Positions 18,211 to 27,019 of a stretch of 64,000 nucleotides of DNA are shown here, one piece after another (position 1 is the first letter of the stretch; every line of letters begins with the position of its first letter). A model generated the notes under the pieces. It saw only the letters and a list, made by a program, of their open reading frames with translations. It ran no database searches and was not told where the DNA came from. Source of the DNA: a virus; the IMG/VR virus record IMGVR_UViG_3300023079_000003; one strand, given 5' to 3'. The position numbers were made by a program, and so were the translations under genes.

Positions 18211-18686
18211 CCGGCATCCAGATCGTGAACGTCACCCAAACGGCCAGCACCGGCATCCTTGAGGCGCACCTCGGATGGAAGGACGTCCACGGCGCCCCCG
18301 CCGTCGGAATCCCCATGCAGTCGAACGGGCAGCTCGGCGCCGACCTCCTCCACGTCCGCGCCGGCGAGCAGTTCCCCGTGCACACCCACCCCGGGGATCA
18401 CCTGCTCTACTGCGTAGGCGGCCAGGGCACGATCACCGTCGACCAGGTCGTCTACCAGATCCGCCCCGGCGACCTCTACATGGTCGACGGCGCCGTGCCC
18501 CACGCGGTCGGCGCGATCACCGACCACACCATCCTTGCCATCGGCTCCCCCCACAAGCCGGTCGATTCCCCGGAGCGGATGACCTGGTGCGACTGGGAGG
18601 GCAACCCGGTCGAGAAACCGGTCGGCGTCGCCGGCGGCGCGGTACTCCACGATTACGTGTCCCCCGTCCTCCGCCGCATCAAATGA
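18207..18686 (+). CDS. Cupin domain protein
   Basis: FPVHTHPGDHLLYCVGGQG...PGDLYMVDGAVPHAV. Confidence 0.85.
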   Translation: MTGIQIVNVTQTASTGILEAHLGWKDVHGAPAVGIPMQSNGQLGADLLHVRAGEQFPVHTHPGDHLLYCVGGQGTITVDQVVYQIRPGDLYMVDGAVPHAVGAITDHTILAIGSPHKPVDSPERMTWCDWEGNPVEKPVGVAGGAVLHDYVSPVLRRIK

Positions 18687-19837
18687 GCCTTGACCTCACC
18701 GGCCGCCGCTGGCCTGAGGCACCGCGCTCCTCCGAGCGCCTGGCCGTCGCCGAAGCCCTCCAATCCCAGGTGTGGACCGGCGGGCAGTTCACCGAGCTGG
18801 TCGAGCAGCAGATGACAGAGCTGACCGGCGCCCGACACTGCGTGACCTTCAACTCCTGCACCTCCGCACTCCACGCCGTCCTTGCCTCCGACCAGTACGC
18901 GTCGACGACCGGGCGCATCTACACCACCCCCCTGACGTTCGTCGGCACGGTCACCGGCGCCGGGCACCTCGGCTACGACATCGAGTACCGCGACGTCCAC
19001 CCGGACACCCTGAACCTGAACCTGCCACCGGCTAACCCCCTGCCGGTCTACAACGGCCGGATTCTCGCCGTCGACCTTCACGGGGTGCCCCATAGCATCG
19101 ACCGGGATCAGGTCATCACCGACGCGTGCCAGTCGCTCGGCACCACGATCGGCGGCAAGCACCTCGGCGCGCACGGTACGCACTGCTGGTCGTTCTCCTC
19201 GGCCAAGCTCATCGCCGCCCCCGACGGCGGGGCAGTCACCACGAACAATGCCGCCCTCGCCGCCCTGCTCCGCCGGCAACGCGACTACGGGGTACGGACC
19301 CAGACCGTCCCCGGCCGGTCGAACGGCATGATGATGCACCGCGCCGACGGGCACAACTGGCGGCCGTCCGAGCTGACCATGGCCCTCGTTGCCGCCCGAC
19401 TGGAGATCCTCCAATGGGACCGCGACTCCACGGACGGCAACCTCTCCGCCCGCGCGTACCGGGTCGGCACCCGCCTCCACGAGGCCATCGACCTGGCCGG
19501 ACTGTGGAGGCAGCAGACCCGGCCGAACACCCGGGTTGCCTGGCACAAAATCCGGATCGGCCCCCCGAACTGGCAGGAACACTCCGGTGTCCACGCCGCC
19601 AACGAGCTGGGTCACCGCCTCGAGGCCGCTGGTATCCCCGTCCACCGGTGGGGTGCCATCCCCCTTCACCGGCACCCCGCCTACTTCAAGCCGACCTCGT
19701 TCCCGGTCGCGGAAGCCGCCGCCCGGTCGACGTTCTGCCTCGGCACCGAGGACTGCCCCCCGCTCACCTGGACCCCCGAAGAGGTCGAACAGGTGTGCGA
19801 CACCATCATCAAGATCGGGAAGACGGTCAGCGTATGA
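18683..19837 (+). CDS. DegT/DnrJ/EryC1/StrS-family PLP aminotransferase
   Basis: FNSCTSALH, TPLTFVGT, DACQSLG, WSFSSAKLI (PLP lysine), DGGAVTTN. Confidence 0.9.
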   Translation: MSLDLTGRRWPEAPRSSERLAVAEALQSQVWTGGQFTELVEQQMTELTGARHCVTFNSCTSALHAVLASDQYASTTGRIYTTPLTFVGTVTGAGHLGYDIEYRDVHPDTLNLNLPPANPLPVYNGRILAVDLHGVPHSIDRDQVITDACQSLGTTIGGKHLGAHGTHCWSFSSAKLIAAPDGGAVTTNNAALAALLRRQRDYGVRTQTVPGRSNGMMMHRADGHNWRPSELTMALVAARLEILQWDRDSTDGNLSARAYRVGTRLHEAIDLAGLWRQQTRPNTRVAWHKIRIGPPNWQEHSGVHAANELGHRLEAAGIPVHRWGAIPLHRHPAYFKPTSFPVAEAAARSTFCLGTEDCPPLTWTPEEVEQVCDTIIKIGKTVSV

Positions 19838-20973
19838 ACCCGCAGGTCAAGGTCGGCATCATCGGCGTCGGGAACTGCGCGCGCGCCCTCCTCGAAGGCA
19901 CCGCCTACTACCGGGCGCGCGAGTCCGGCACCCAGTTCACCGGCCGCGAGCGCATTGCCGGGCTCATGCACACCATGGTCGGACCGTACGGTCCCGGCGC
20001 GATCGAGCCCGTAGCCGCCTGGGACGTCGACACCGAGAAGGTCGGGAAAGACCTGTGGACCGCGATCCGCTCCGGGCAGAACCTCGACGTCGGCATCCGC
20101 CTCGACCGAGGTGAGGAGCCGGTCGGCGCGGACGTTGAAGTCCAGCGAGCCCCCACCCTCGACGGCACCGGCGCACGCTACCTCGACAAGATCACCCTCG
20201 CGGAGGACTGGCCGAACATCGACGGCCGCGAGGTCGAGCAGCAGATCCGCGACTCCGGCGTGCAGGTGCTCCTGAACTACCTGCCCGTCGGCTCTCAGAC
20301 CGCCACCGAGTGGTGGGCCGAGCGCGCCCTCAACACCGGCTGCGCGTTCGTGAACAACATCCCGGTATTCATCGCCCGGAACCCGACCTGGCGGCAGCGG
20401 TTCCGCGACGCCGGCCTCGCCCTCGTCGGAGACGACATCAAGTCACAGCTCGGCGCCACCTACCTCCACCGCGCCCTCGTGAAGGCGTTCTCGGACCGGG
20501 GCATCACCCTCGACCGCACCTTCCAGCTCAACGTCGGCGGCAACATGGACTTCTACAACATGCTGGAGCGCAGCCGGTTGGTGACGAAGAAGGAGTCCAA
20601 GACCGGCGCCGTCACCGACGCCTACGCCGGCAAGCTCGCCCCCGACAACGTGCACATCGGCCCCTCCGACTACGTGCCGTGGCTGGGCGACACCAAGATC
20701 GCCATCGTCAAGTGCGAAGGCCGGGGGTTCGGCGGGGCGCCGATCGAGGTCGACATGACGATCAAGGTGCCCGACTCCCCGAACAGCGCCGGGGTGGTCA
20801 TCGACGCGGCCCGGCTCGCCCGGTACGCCACCGACCGCAACGACGTGCACGTTGACCGGTGGGTGTCAGCCTGGCTGTTCAAGGCGCCCCCGGCCGACGT
20901 CGCGCAGGAGTCCGACCTGCTGGCCATGCAGCGCCTCGACGACTGGCTGCACGGCGAGGCCGGACTTCGATAG
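19834..20973 (+). CDS. ino1: Inositol-3-phosphate synthase (myo-inositol-1-phosphate synthase)
   Basis: IIGVGNCA, NYLPVGS, GDDIKSQLGAT, QLNVGGNMDF, SKTGAV, DSPNSAG..ID. Confidence 0.95.
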   Translation: MNPQVKVGIIGVGNCARALLEGTAYYRARESGTQFTGRERIAGLMHTMVGPYGPGAIEPVAAWDVDTEKVGKDLWTAIRSGQNLDVGIRLDRGEEPVGADVEVQRAPTLDGTGARYLDKITLAEDWPNIDGREVEQQIRDSGVQVLLNYLPVGSQTATEWWAERALNTGCAFVNNIPVFIARNPTWRQRFRDAGLALVGDDIKSQLGATYLHRALVKAFSDRGITLDRTFQLNVGGNMDFYNMLERSRLVTKKESKTGAVTDAYAGKLAPDNVHIGPSDYVPWLGDTKIAIVKCEGRGFGGAPIEVDMTIKVPDSPNSAGVVIDAARLARYATDRNDVHVDRWVSAWLFKAPPADVAQESDLLAMQRLDDWLHGEAGLR

Positions 20974-21695
20974 TGCCGATCACCCCGTACCTGATCTCCC
21001 TCCCGCGCAGGCAGGACCGGCGGGACGAGTGGGCCACGGCCTGGGACGGGTACGGATTCAACCCACCCCGGGTGATCGACGGCGTTGACGGCTCAGCCCT
21101 CCCGGCGGACCGGGTCGACTCGCACATGAGGACGGCCCTCGCCGCCGGGCACAAGATCAAGCACCGGCGCCACTTCGCCGGCACCCTGGGCTGCCTCCTC
21201 GCCCACCGCGCTGCCTGGCAGACCTGGCTCATGGACAGATCCCCGGGCGGGTATCTCCTGCTCATGGAGGACGACGCCTCCCCCACCCCCGGGCTCACCC
21301 CCGCCCGGTGGCTGCTCGACCTGCAGCAAGCTGTCCGGCAGCTCCCGCCCGGCTGGCTGATGCTGAACCTCGGGGCCAAGGTCCGCAACCAGCCCCGTGA
21401 GGTGCCCGGCGCCCCGAGCCTGGCCTACTCCGGCCGCGACACCCAATGCCTCCACGCCATCCTCTACACGGTCGATGGGGTCATGGCCATGCTCAAGGCC
21501 ACCGCCGACCAGGAGCAGCCCCTCGACTTCGCGTGGCGTCCCGTCCTCGCCGGCGGCAACTGCTACTCGACCCGCCGGTGGCTGGCCATCCAGCGCTGGT
21601 CGTACTCGGACATCTCCCACTTCACCCGGTCGCCGCACCTCGATCACCGGCAGCGCATCGCCCGGTTCCACCAGCCGGAGGTGATCCACCGGTGA
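20973..21695 (+). CDS. Glycosyltransferase family 25-like
   Basis: YLISLPRRQDRR...IDGVDG...GCLLAHRAAW...LLMEDDA...HAILYT. Confidence 0.8.
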   Translation: MPITPYLISLPRRQDRRDEWATAWDGYGFNPPRVIDGVDGSALPADRVDSHMRTALAAGHKIKHRRHFAGTLGCLLAHRAAWQTWLMDRSPGGYLLLMEDDASPTPGLTPARWLLDLQQAVRQLPPGWLMLNLGAKVRNQPREVPGAPSLAYSGRDTQCLHAILYTVDGVMAMLKATADQEQPLDFAWRPVLAGGNCYSTRRWLAIQRWSYSDISHFTRSPHLDHRQRIARFHQPEVIHR

Positions 21696-22483
21696 CCGCC
21701 GACCTGGACGTCATCAACACCTGGACCAACCCCAACCCGGGGCTGCGCCGGCGCACCTACGAGCAGGTGCCGCGCCGGGGCGGCAGGTGGCGGCCGACCT
21801 GGACGGTCGACGGAGTCACGATCAACCGGCCCGGCTGGGACTACGACCGCAACCAGTTCACCGGCGTCCGGAACAACGGCACCGCCTGGACCGCCGACTT
21901 CACCCCCGGGCTGCTCTACACGATCGCCTCCCAGGTGCGCGGCTGGTGCTGGCCCCGCCAGGGCGGCACCCTGTACGAGCTGGCCCAAGCCTCGACCGGG
22001 CAGGTCGTCGAGATCGGCTCCTGCTTCGGCCTCTCCGCCGTGTGGACCGGCTGGGGCATCCGCACCTCGTCCGACCCCGACCGGCGCCTTCATTGCGTCG
22101 ACACCTGGCACAGCCTCGACGTCAGGGGTGACGGCTCCCCCGCCGGGAAGTCCTCCCAGCCGGAGTTCATCCAAAACATGACCTACACCGGCCTCGCCTA
22201 CCACACCTGCCTCCACCAGATGCTCTCCGAACAGGCCGCTGCGACCTGGGACGAGGGACCTGTCGGCATGATCTACATCGACGGCTGGCACACCTACGCC
22301 ATGGCAAAAGCCGACCACCTGTCCTGGCTCCCCCACCTCACCCCCGGCGCGGTAGTCGCCTTCGACGACTGCTCCCCCGCCTGGCCCGGGGTGCTCCGCT
22401 ACCAGCGCGAGCTGGCCGGGCGCGGAGACCACGAGCTGATCGGCCGGGCCGACTCGATGCTCACCTGGAGGTACCGGCCGTGA
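21692..22483 (+). CDS. Class I SAM-dependent methyltransferase (Methyltransf_24-like)
   Basis: VVEIGSCFGLS, HCVDTW, MIYIDGWHTY, LTPGAVVAFDD. Confidence 0.85.
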   Translation: MTADLDVINTWTNPNPGLRRRTYEQVPRRGGRWRPTWTVDGVTINRPGWDYDRNQFTGVRNNGTAWTADFTPGLLYTIASQVRGWCWPRQGGTLYELAQASTGQVVEIGSCFGLSAVWTGWGIRTSSDPDRRLHCVDTWHSLDVRGDGSPAGKSSQPEFIQNMTYTGLAYHTCLHQMLSEQAAATWDEGPVGMIYIDGWHTYAMAKADHLSWLPHLTPGAVVAFDDCSPAWPGVLRYQRELAGRGDHELIGRADSMLTWRYRP

Positions 22484-23310
22484 GAACCGCCCTGAAGGCC
22501 AAGAGCGCCTACCGCAACGAGGACGTCGCCCGGGTGTTCGCCACCATCCGCGACTTCATCAGCGAGGACGAGGCCAACGCCGCCGTCGACCAGGCAGTCC
22601 GCGAGGTCCACCAGACCGTCGGCCTCCGCAACCTCGACCGGGTCGCCTACGGCTGGTCCGGCGGCAAGGACTCCATCGCCCTGCAGGTCGTCATGGAAGC
22701 CGCCGGCGTACAACGGGCCATCCTCGGCACCATCCCCCACCTCGAGTTCAAGGCGTACCTCGACTGGGTCGAGGCGAACCAGCCGGACGGCCTCTACCAC
22801 CACATGAACATGGCACTCGACGTCGATTGGCTGGCCCGGCCCGGAAACGACCGGTACCTGTTCCCCAAGACCTCCCGGCTCGGCTACTTCTGGACCACCG
22901 CCGGCACCCGCGCCGCGCAGAAGGCATACCAGCGGCAGTACGACCCGCCGTTCCAGATTTACGGGCGCCGCTGGGCCGACGGCAACCAGATCGGACCGGA
23001 CGGGTTCTCCGTCTCCGCCGCCACCGGCATCCGCTCCTACAGCCCGCTGAGGGCCTGGTCCCACGAGACCGTCCTCGGCGTAATCCACTACTTCAACCGG
23101 CCTCTCCCTCCCGTGTACGGGTGGCCTCACGGGTGGACCGCCGGCACCGGCACCTGGTGCGGTCGCCGTGTCGGCACCGACGACGAGGCATGGGCCGAGA
23201 CCTGGACCATCGAGTCCGACCGGGTGCGCGAGGCAGCCGACGCCGGAGTGACCGGCGCCGCCGAGTGGATGCAGAGGAACGGCCATGGCCGGACAGAACA
23301 AAAGACCTGA
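22480..23310 (+). CDS. PP-loop / PAPS reductase-family protein
   Basis: YGWSGGKDS, YGRRWAD, SPLRAWSHETV..YF..PLPPVY. Confidence 0.85.
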   Translation: MRTALKAKSAYRNEDVARVFATIRDFISEDEANAAVDQAVREVHQTVGLRNLDRVAYGWSGGKDSIALQVVMEAAGVQRAILGTIPHLEFKAYLDWVEANQPDGLYHHMNMALDVDWLARPGNDRYLFPKTSRLGYFWTTAGTRAAQKAYQRQYDPPFQIYGRRWADGNQIGPDGFSVSAATGIRSYSPLRAWSHETVLGVIHYFNRPLPPVYGWPHGWTAGTGTWCGRRVGTDDEAWAETWTIESDRVREAADAGVTGAAEWMQRNGHGRTEQKT

Positions 23311-24658
23311 GACCTACACCCGGACCGGCCGGGGCGGCGCCGCGCACGTCCTCCCCCGAGTGCAGCTCGACACCGACGTCATGACCCTGGCCAAGGAGCG
23401 CATCGCCATCGCCGCCGAGATCCACGACAACATCCTCGTGGCGTTCTCCGGCGGCAAGGACTCCACCGTCACCCTGCAGCTCACCCTCGCCGTTCTCCAC
23501 GAGAACCCCGAGCTGGGTGCCAAGCACCTGCCGCTGCGGGTCGTGTTCGGGGACGAGGAGTGCATCCCGAAGGAGACCGAGGAGTACGTCCGCCGGGTGT
23601 CGCAGCGGCCGGACGTCCGCCTTGAGTGGTACTGCCTGCCGTTGAAGATGCGCAACGCCTGCTCCCGCAAGCACCCCGAGTGGTGGACGTGGGCGCCCGA
23701 GTCCGAGGAGCTGTGGGCCAGGCCCCTGCCCCCGGAGGCGATCACCCACCTCGACGGCTTCACGAACTGGCCACCCGAAGCCCGCCTGTCGTGGCCGCAG
23801 ACCAACGAACTCCTCGCACCCCCGCACCTCGGGAACGTGTGCATCCTGATGGGCATCCGCGCGCAGGAGTCCCTGACCCGGCTCCGCGCCGTGTCCATCG
23901 CCGGCAAGCGCGAATACAACTGGCTGGTCAAGCAGGGCGGTGGCAACGAAATCCTCAACGGCTCCTCAGGCGGGAACGTGTGGAAGGCGTACCCGATCTA
24001 CGACTGGCTGACCGAGGACGTGTGGACGGCCCCGAAGCGGTTCGGCTGGGACTACAACCACGCCTACGACCTGCTCGCCATGGCCGGGGTCAACCCCGCG
24101 AAGCAGCGATGCTCGCCGGCGTTCGGGGAGGAGCCGATCGGCGGCCTCCACGTCTTCGCCCAAGCCTTCCCTGAGGTGTGGGAGAAGATGGTCTACCGGG
24201 TGCCCGGTGTCGGCTCCGCCTACCGGTACGCCCTCACCGAGCTGTACGGGCACGGCTCCCGCCCGGAGCGCCCGGACGACATGACCTGGCACGACTTCAT
24301 CCTGCACTTCGTGGCCAAGCACCCGGACGGCATGAGGCAGAAGCTCGCCGCCCGGCTGACCGACATCATCCGCCGGCACTACCGGGTCACGTCGAACCCG
24401 ATGCTGGTCAAGGCCCCCCACCCCGACAGCGGCCTCTCCTGGGACTGGCTCCTCATGGTCGCCATGCGCGGGGACACCAAGCAGAGGAAGCAGCCGACGA
24501 ACCGGATCACCCGGGAGCCCGTCGAGTTGAAACGCATGTGGCACCGGTACGCGAAGGAGCTGGACGACACGATCAAGGCAGGCCAGTTCGATATCCTGTC
24601 CTATCCTCGTCACGCCCCCCGCGACCCCTACGCCCTGATCCCTGAGGAGTTCCGGTGA
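23285..24658 (+). CDS. IbrA/YbdN-like PAPS reductase-family protein (DUF3440-type)
   Basis: VAFSGGKDS, WYCLP..MRNACS..WW.W, MGIRAQES..R, YPIYDW.TEDVW, DYN.AYD. Confidence 0.85.
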   Translation: MAGQNKRPETYTRTGRGGAAHVLPRVQLDTDVMTLAKERIAIAAEIHDNILVAFSGGKDSTVTLQLTLAVLHENPELGAKHLPLRVVFGDEECIPKETEEYVRRVSQRPDVRLEWYCLPLKMRNACSRKHPEWWTWAPESEELWARPLPPEAITHLDGFTNWPPEARLSWPQTNELLAPPHLGNVCILMGIRAQESLTRLRAVSIAGKREYNWLVKQGGGNEILNGSSGGNVWKAYPIYDWLTEDVWTAPKRFGWDYNHAYDLLAMAGVNPAKQRCSPAFGEEPIGGLHVFAQAFPEVWEKMVYRVPGVGSAYRYALTELYGHGSRPERPDDMTWHDFILHFVAKHPDGMRQKLAARLTDIIRRHYRVTSNPMLVKAPHPDSGLSWDWLLMVAMRGDTKQRKQPTNRITREPVELKRMWHRYAKELDDTIKAGQFDILSYPRHAPRDPYALIPEEFR

Positions 24659-24960
24659 CCCTTACCGAAGACCCGTCCGACCCGCGACTCACCCACGGAC
24701 CCGACGACGGACCCGCCGCGCAGGCCCCGGTCTACCTGGTCCTGTCGGAGGAGGAGCGAGCCCAGGGTTTCATCCGCCCGGTCCGGCGAACCTACGTGCA
24801 CACGGTCTGTGGTGCGGTCACGACGATGGCCCCGGCGATCGCAGAGACGTACGCGCGCAACCCCGGCTTCTACGGGGCCACCTACTGCACCGGGTGCAGC
24901 CAGCACCTCCCCGTTGGCGAGTTCACCTGGGACGGCGACGGCAGCGTGGTCGGATCATGA
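24655..24960 (+). CDS. Small Zn-finger protein
   Basis: H.VCG..T.M...AETYARNP.FYGATYCTGC..H. Confidence 0.75.
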   Translation: MTLTEDPSDPRLTHGPDDGPAAQAPVYLVLSEEERAQGFIRPVRRTYVHTVCGAVTTMAPAIAETYARNPGFYGATYCTGCSQHLPVGEFTWDGDGSVVGS

Positions 24961-25574
24961 CCGATACCGATCGCCCCGTATCCACCCCTCACCGGGAAGT
25001 CATGACCGATTTTGGTCAGCTCGACCCGGGCGGGTCGGCCCTCTCCCTGGTCGCCCAGCCCGTCAGCAGCATCCAGTGGGTGCCGGCCTCGGCGCTGTCC
25101 GCGAACGACTGGAACCCCAACAAGCAGGCTCCGCCCGAGTTCAGACTGCTGAAGCAGTCCCTGCTCGAGGACGGCTGGACACAGCCGATCGTGGTCCGCG
25201 CCCACGACGACGGCGCCCGCCTGGAGATCGTCGACGGATTCCACCGGTGGACCCTCGCCTCCAAGGACAAGCAGGTCGGCGCGCTCACCACCGTCGACGG
25301 GCAGGTGCTCGTCCCCGTCGTCACCCTGCACGAGACCTCCGACCAGGAGGCCCGCGCCTCGACGATCCGCCACAACCGGGCGCGCGGCACCCACCTCGTG
25401 CTCCGCATGGCCGATATCGTGGCCGCCCTCGTGAAGGCCGGCATGACGACCGAGCAGGTGCAAAAGCAGCTCGGCATGGACGAGGAAGAGGTCGAGCGGC
25501 TCCTCGACCGGGGCAACATGCTCAACCGTGGATCCCGCACCGACGGCAGCTTCGGCACCGGCTGGACAGTCTGA
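24957..25574 (+). CDS. IbrB/YbdM-like ParB domain protein
   Basis: ANDWNPN..APPE..LL..SLLEDGWTQPIV, IVDGFHRW, ASTIRHNRARGTH. Confidence 0.85.
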   Translation: MTDTDRPVSTPHREVMTDFGQLDPGGSALSLVAQPVSSIQWVPASALSANDWNPNKQAPPEFRLLKQSLLEDGWTQPIVVRAHDDGARLEIVDGFHRWTLASKDKQVGALTTVDGQVLVPVVTLHETSDQEARASTIRHNRARGTHLVLRMADIVAALVKAGMTTEQVQKQLGMDEEEVERLLDRGNMLNRGSRTDGSFGTGWTV

Positions 25575-27019
25575 TGACGTACTCCACCAAGGGCCTCTAC
25601 ATCAACGGCGAGTGGGACCAGACCGGCTACGGCAAGGGGATCTACTCGCCCATTGACGGCCGCCTGATCGGCACCGCCTGGTTTGGGCAGATCACCCACC
25701 TCGCCGCCGCCTCCGCAGCCGCCCGCAACGCCCTCGACGGCGAATGGTCCCGGTGGACCGCAGAGGACCGGGCCGCCGCGCTGCGCCGGCTCGCAGACGG
25801 ATTCCACGACCGGCAGCAGGATCTCGGCGCGATGATCCTCGCGGAGGTCGGATCCCCGGTCGACTTCGCGTACGGGCCGCAGATCGACCACCCGCTCCGC
25901 ATCATCAACTACTACGCGTCCGTGGCCGAGAAGTACCGGTTCTCGGAGTCGCGGGTCAACGGGGGCGGGGACGCGCCGGGCACGATCGTCCGCAGGCTCC
26001 CGGTCGGCGCGGTCGGAATCATCACCCCGTGGAACATGCCCCTCAAAACGATCATGATGAAGATGGCGCCCGCGCTCGCCGCCGGGTGCACGGTCGTGAT
26101 CAAACCGGCCGAGGAAACCCCCTTCAACGCCATGGTGCTGGCCGAGCTGGTCGACGCCGCCGGATTCCCGCCCGGCGTGGTCAACGTCGTCCCGGCCGTA
26201 CGCGAGGACGCCGCCTACCTGCCGACCTCGACCTACCTCGACAAGATCGCCTTCACCGGGTCAACCGCCGTCGGCAAGTGGATCGCCCAGCAGTGCGGCG
26301 CCGGCATCCGCCGCTACTCCCTCGAACTGGGCGGCAAGTCCCCGACCGTGCTCCTCCCCGACGCCGACCTCGACGCCTGGGAGGCGTCCGTCCCCTCAGC
26401 CTCCCTGCTCAACAACGGGCAGATTTGCTCGAACCAGACACGCATCCTGTACCCCCGGAAGCTGCAGACCGAGGTCATCCGCCGGCTCGAACGGGTCCTC
26501 GACCGGCAGCGGGTCGGAGACCCCTCCCTCCCGGGCACCACGATGGGGCCGCTCATCACCACCGCCGCAGTCGACCGCTACCACGACGCCCTCAGGGGCG
26601 CTCAGCTCGCCGGCGGCACCGTACGGTACGCGGAGGACGCGGTTGACCCGCGACGCCCCTCAGGGGGCAACTGGGTCACCCCCGCCCTGGTCTCCGGCGT
26701 CGGCCGCGAAGCCCTCATCGCCCGCAAAGAGGTGTTCGGGCCGGTCCTCGTCGCCATGCCGTACGACAACGAGCCGCACGCGGTCGAGCTGGCCAACGAC
26801 TCGCCGTACGGTCTCCACGCCGGCGTCTGGTCCCACCGGAAGTCCGCCGCCCTGGCCGTGGCCAACCGGCTGCGGGTCGGGCAGATCCAGATCAACGGTG
26901 CGGACATGCCGCTGCACACCCCCCTGGGCGGGTTCAAGGAGTCCGGCTGGGGCCGCGAGCTGGGACCTGAGGGCATGACCGGCTACCTCGAAACCAGTGC
27001 GACGGTGGCCTCATGGTGA
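25574..27019 (+). CDS. NAD(P)+-dependent aldehyde dehydrogenase
   Basis: ITPWNMP, KPAEETP, FTGSTAVG, ELGGKSP, NGQICS, EVFGPV, GGFKESGWGRE. Confidence 0.95.
   Translation: MTYSTKGLYINGEWDQTGYGKGIYSPIDGRLIGTAWFGQITHLAAASAAARNALDGEWSRWTAEDRAAALRRLADGFHDRQQDLGAMILAEVGSPVDFAYGPQIDHPLRIINYYASVAEKYRFSESRVNGGGDAPGTIVRRLPVGAVGIITPWNMPLKTIMMKMAPALAAGCTVVIKPAEETPFNAMVLAELVDAAGFPPGVVNVVPAVREDAAYLPTSTYLDKIAFTGSTAVGKWIAQQCGAGIRRYSLELGGKSPTVLLPDADLDAWEASVPSASLLNNGQICSNQTRILYPRKLQTEVIRRLERVLDRQRVGDPSLPGTTMGPLITTAAVDRYHDALRGAQLAGGTVRYAEDAVDPRRPSGGNWVTPALVSGVGREALIARKEVFGPVLVAMPYDNEPHAVELANDSPYGLHAGVWSHRKSAALAVANRLRVGQIQINGADMPLHTPLGGFKESGWGRELGPEGMTGYLETSATVASW

Noticed and set aside
22480-24658. Sulfate-assimilation auxiliary metabolic genes (cysH)
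   Set aside because: No other cys genes are present; the proteins carry IbrA-type motifs and sit with ParB partners.
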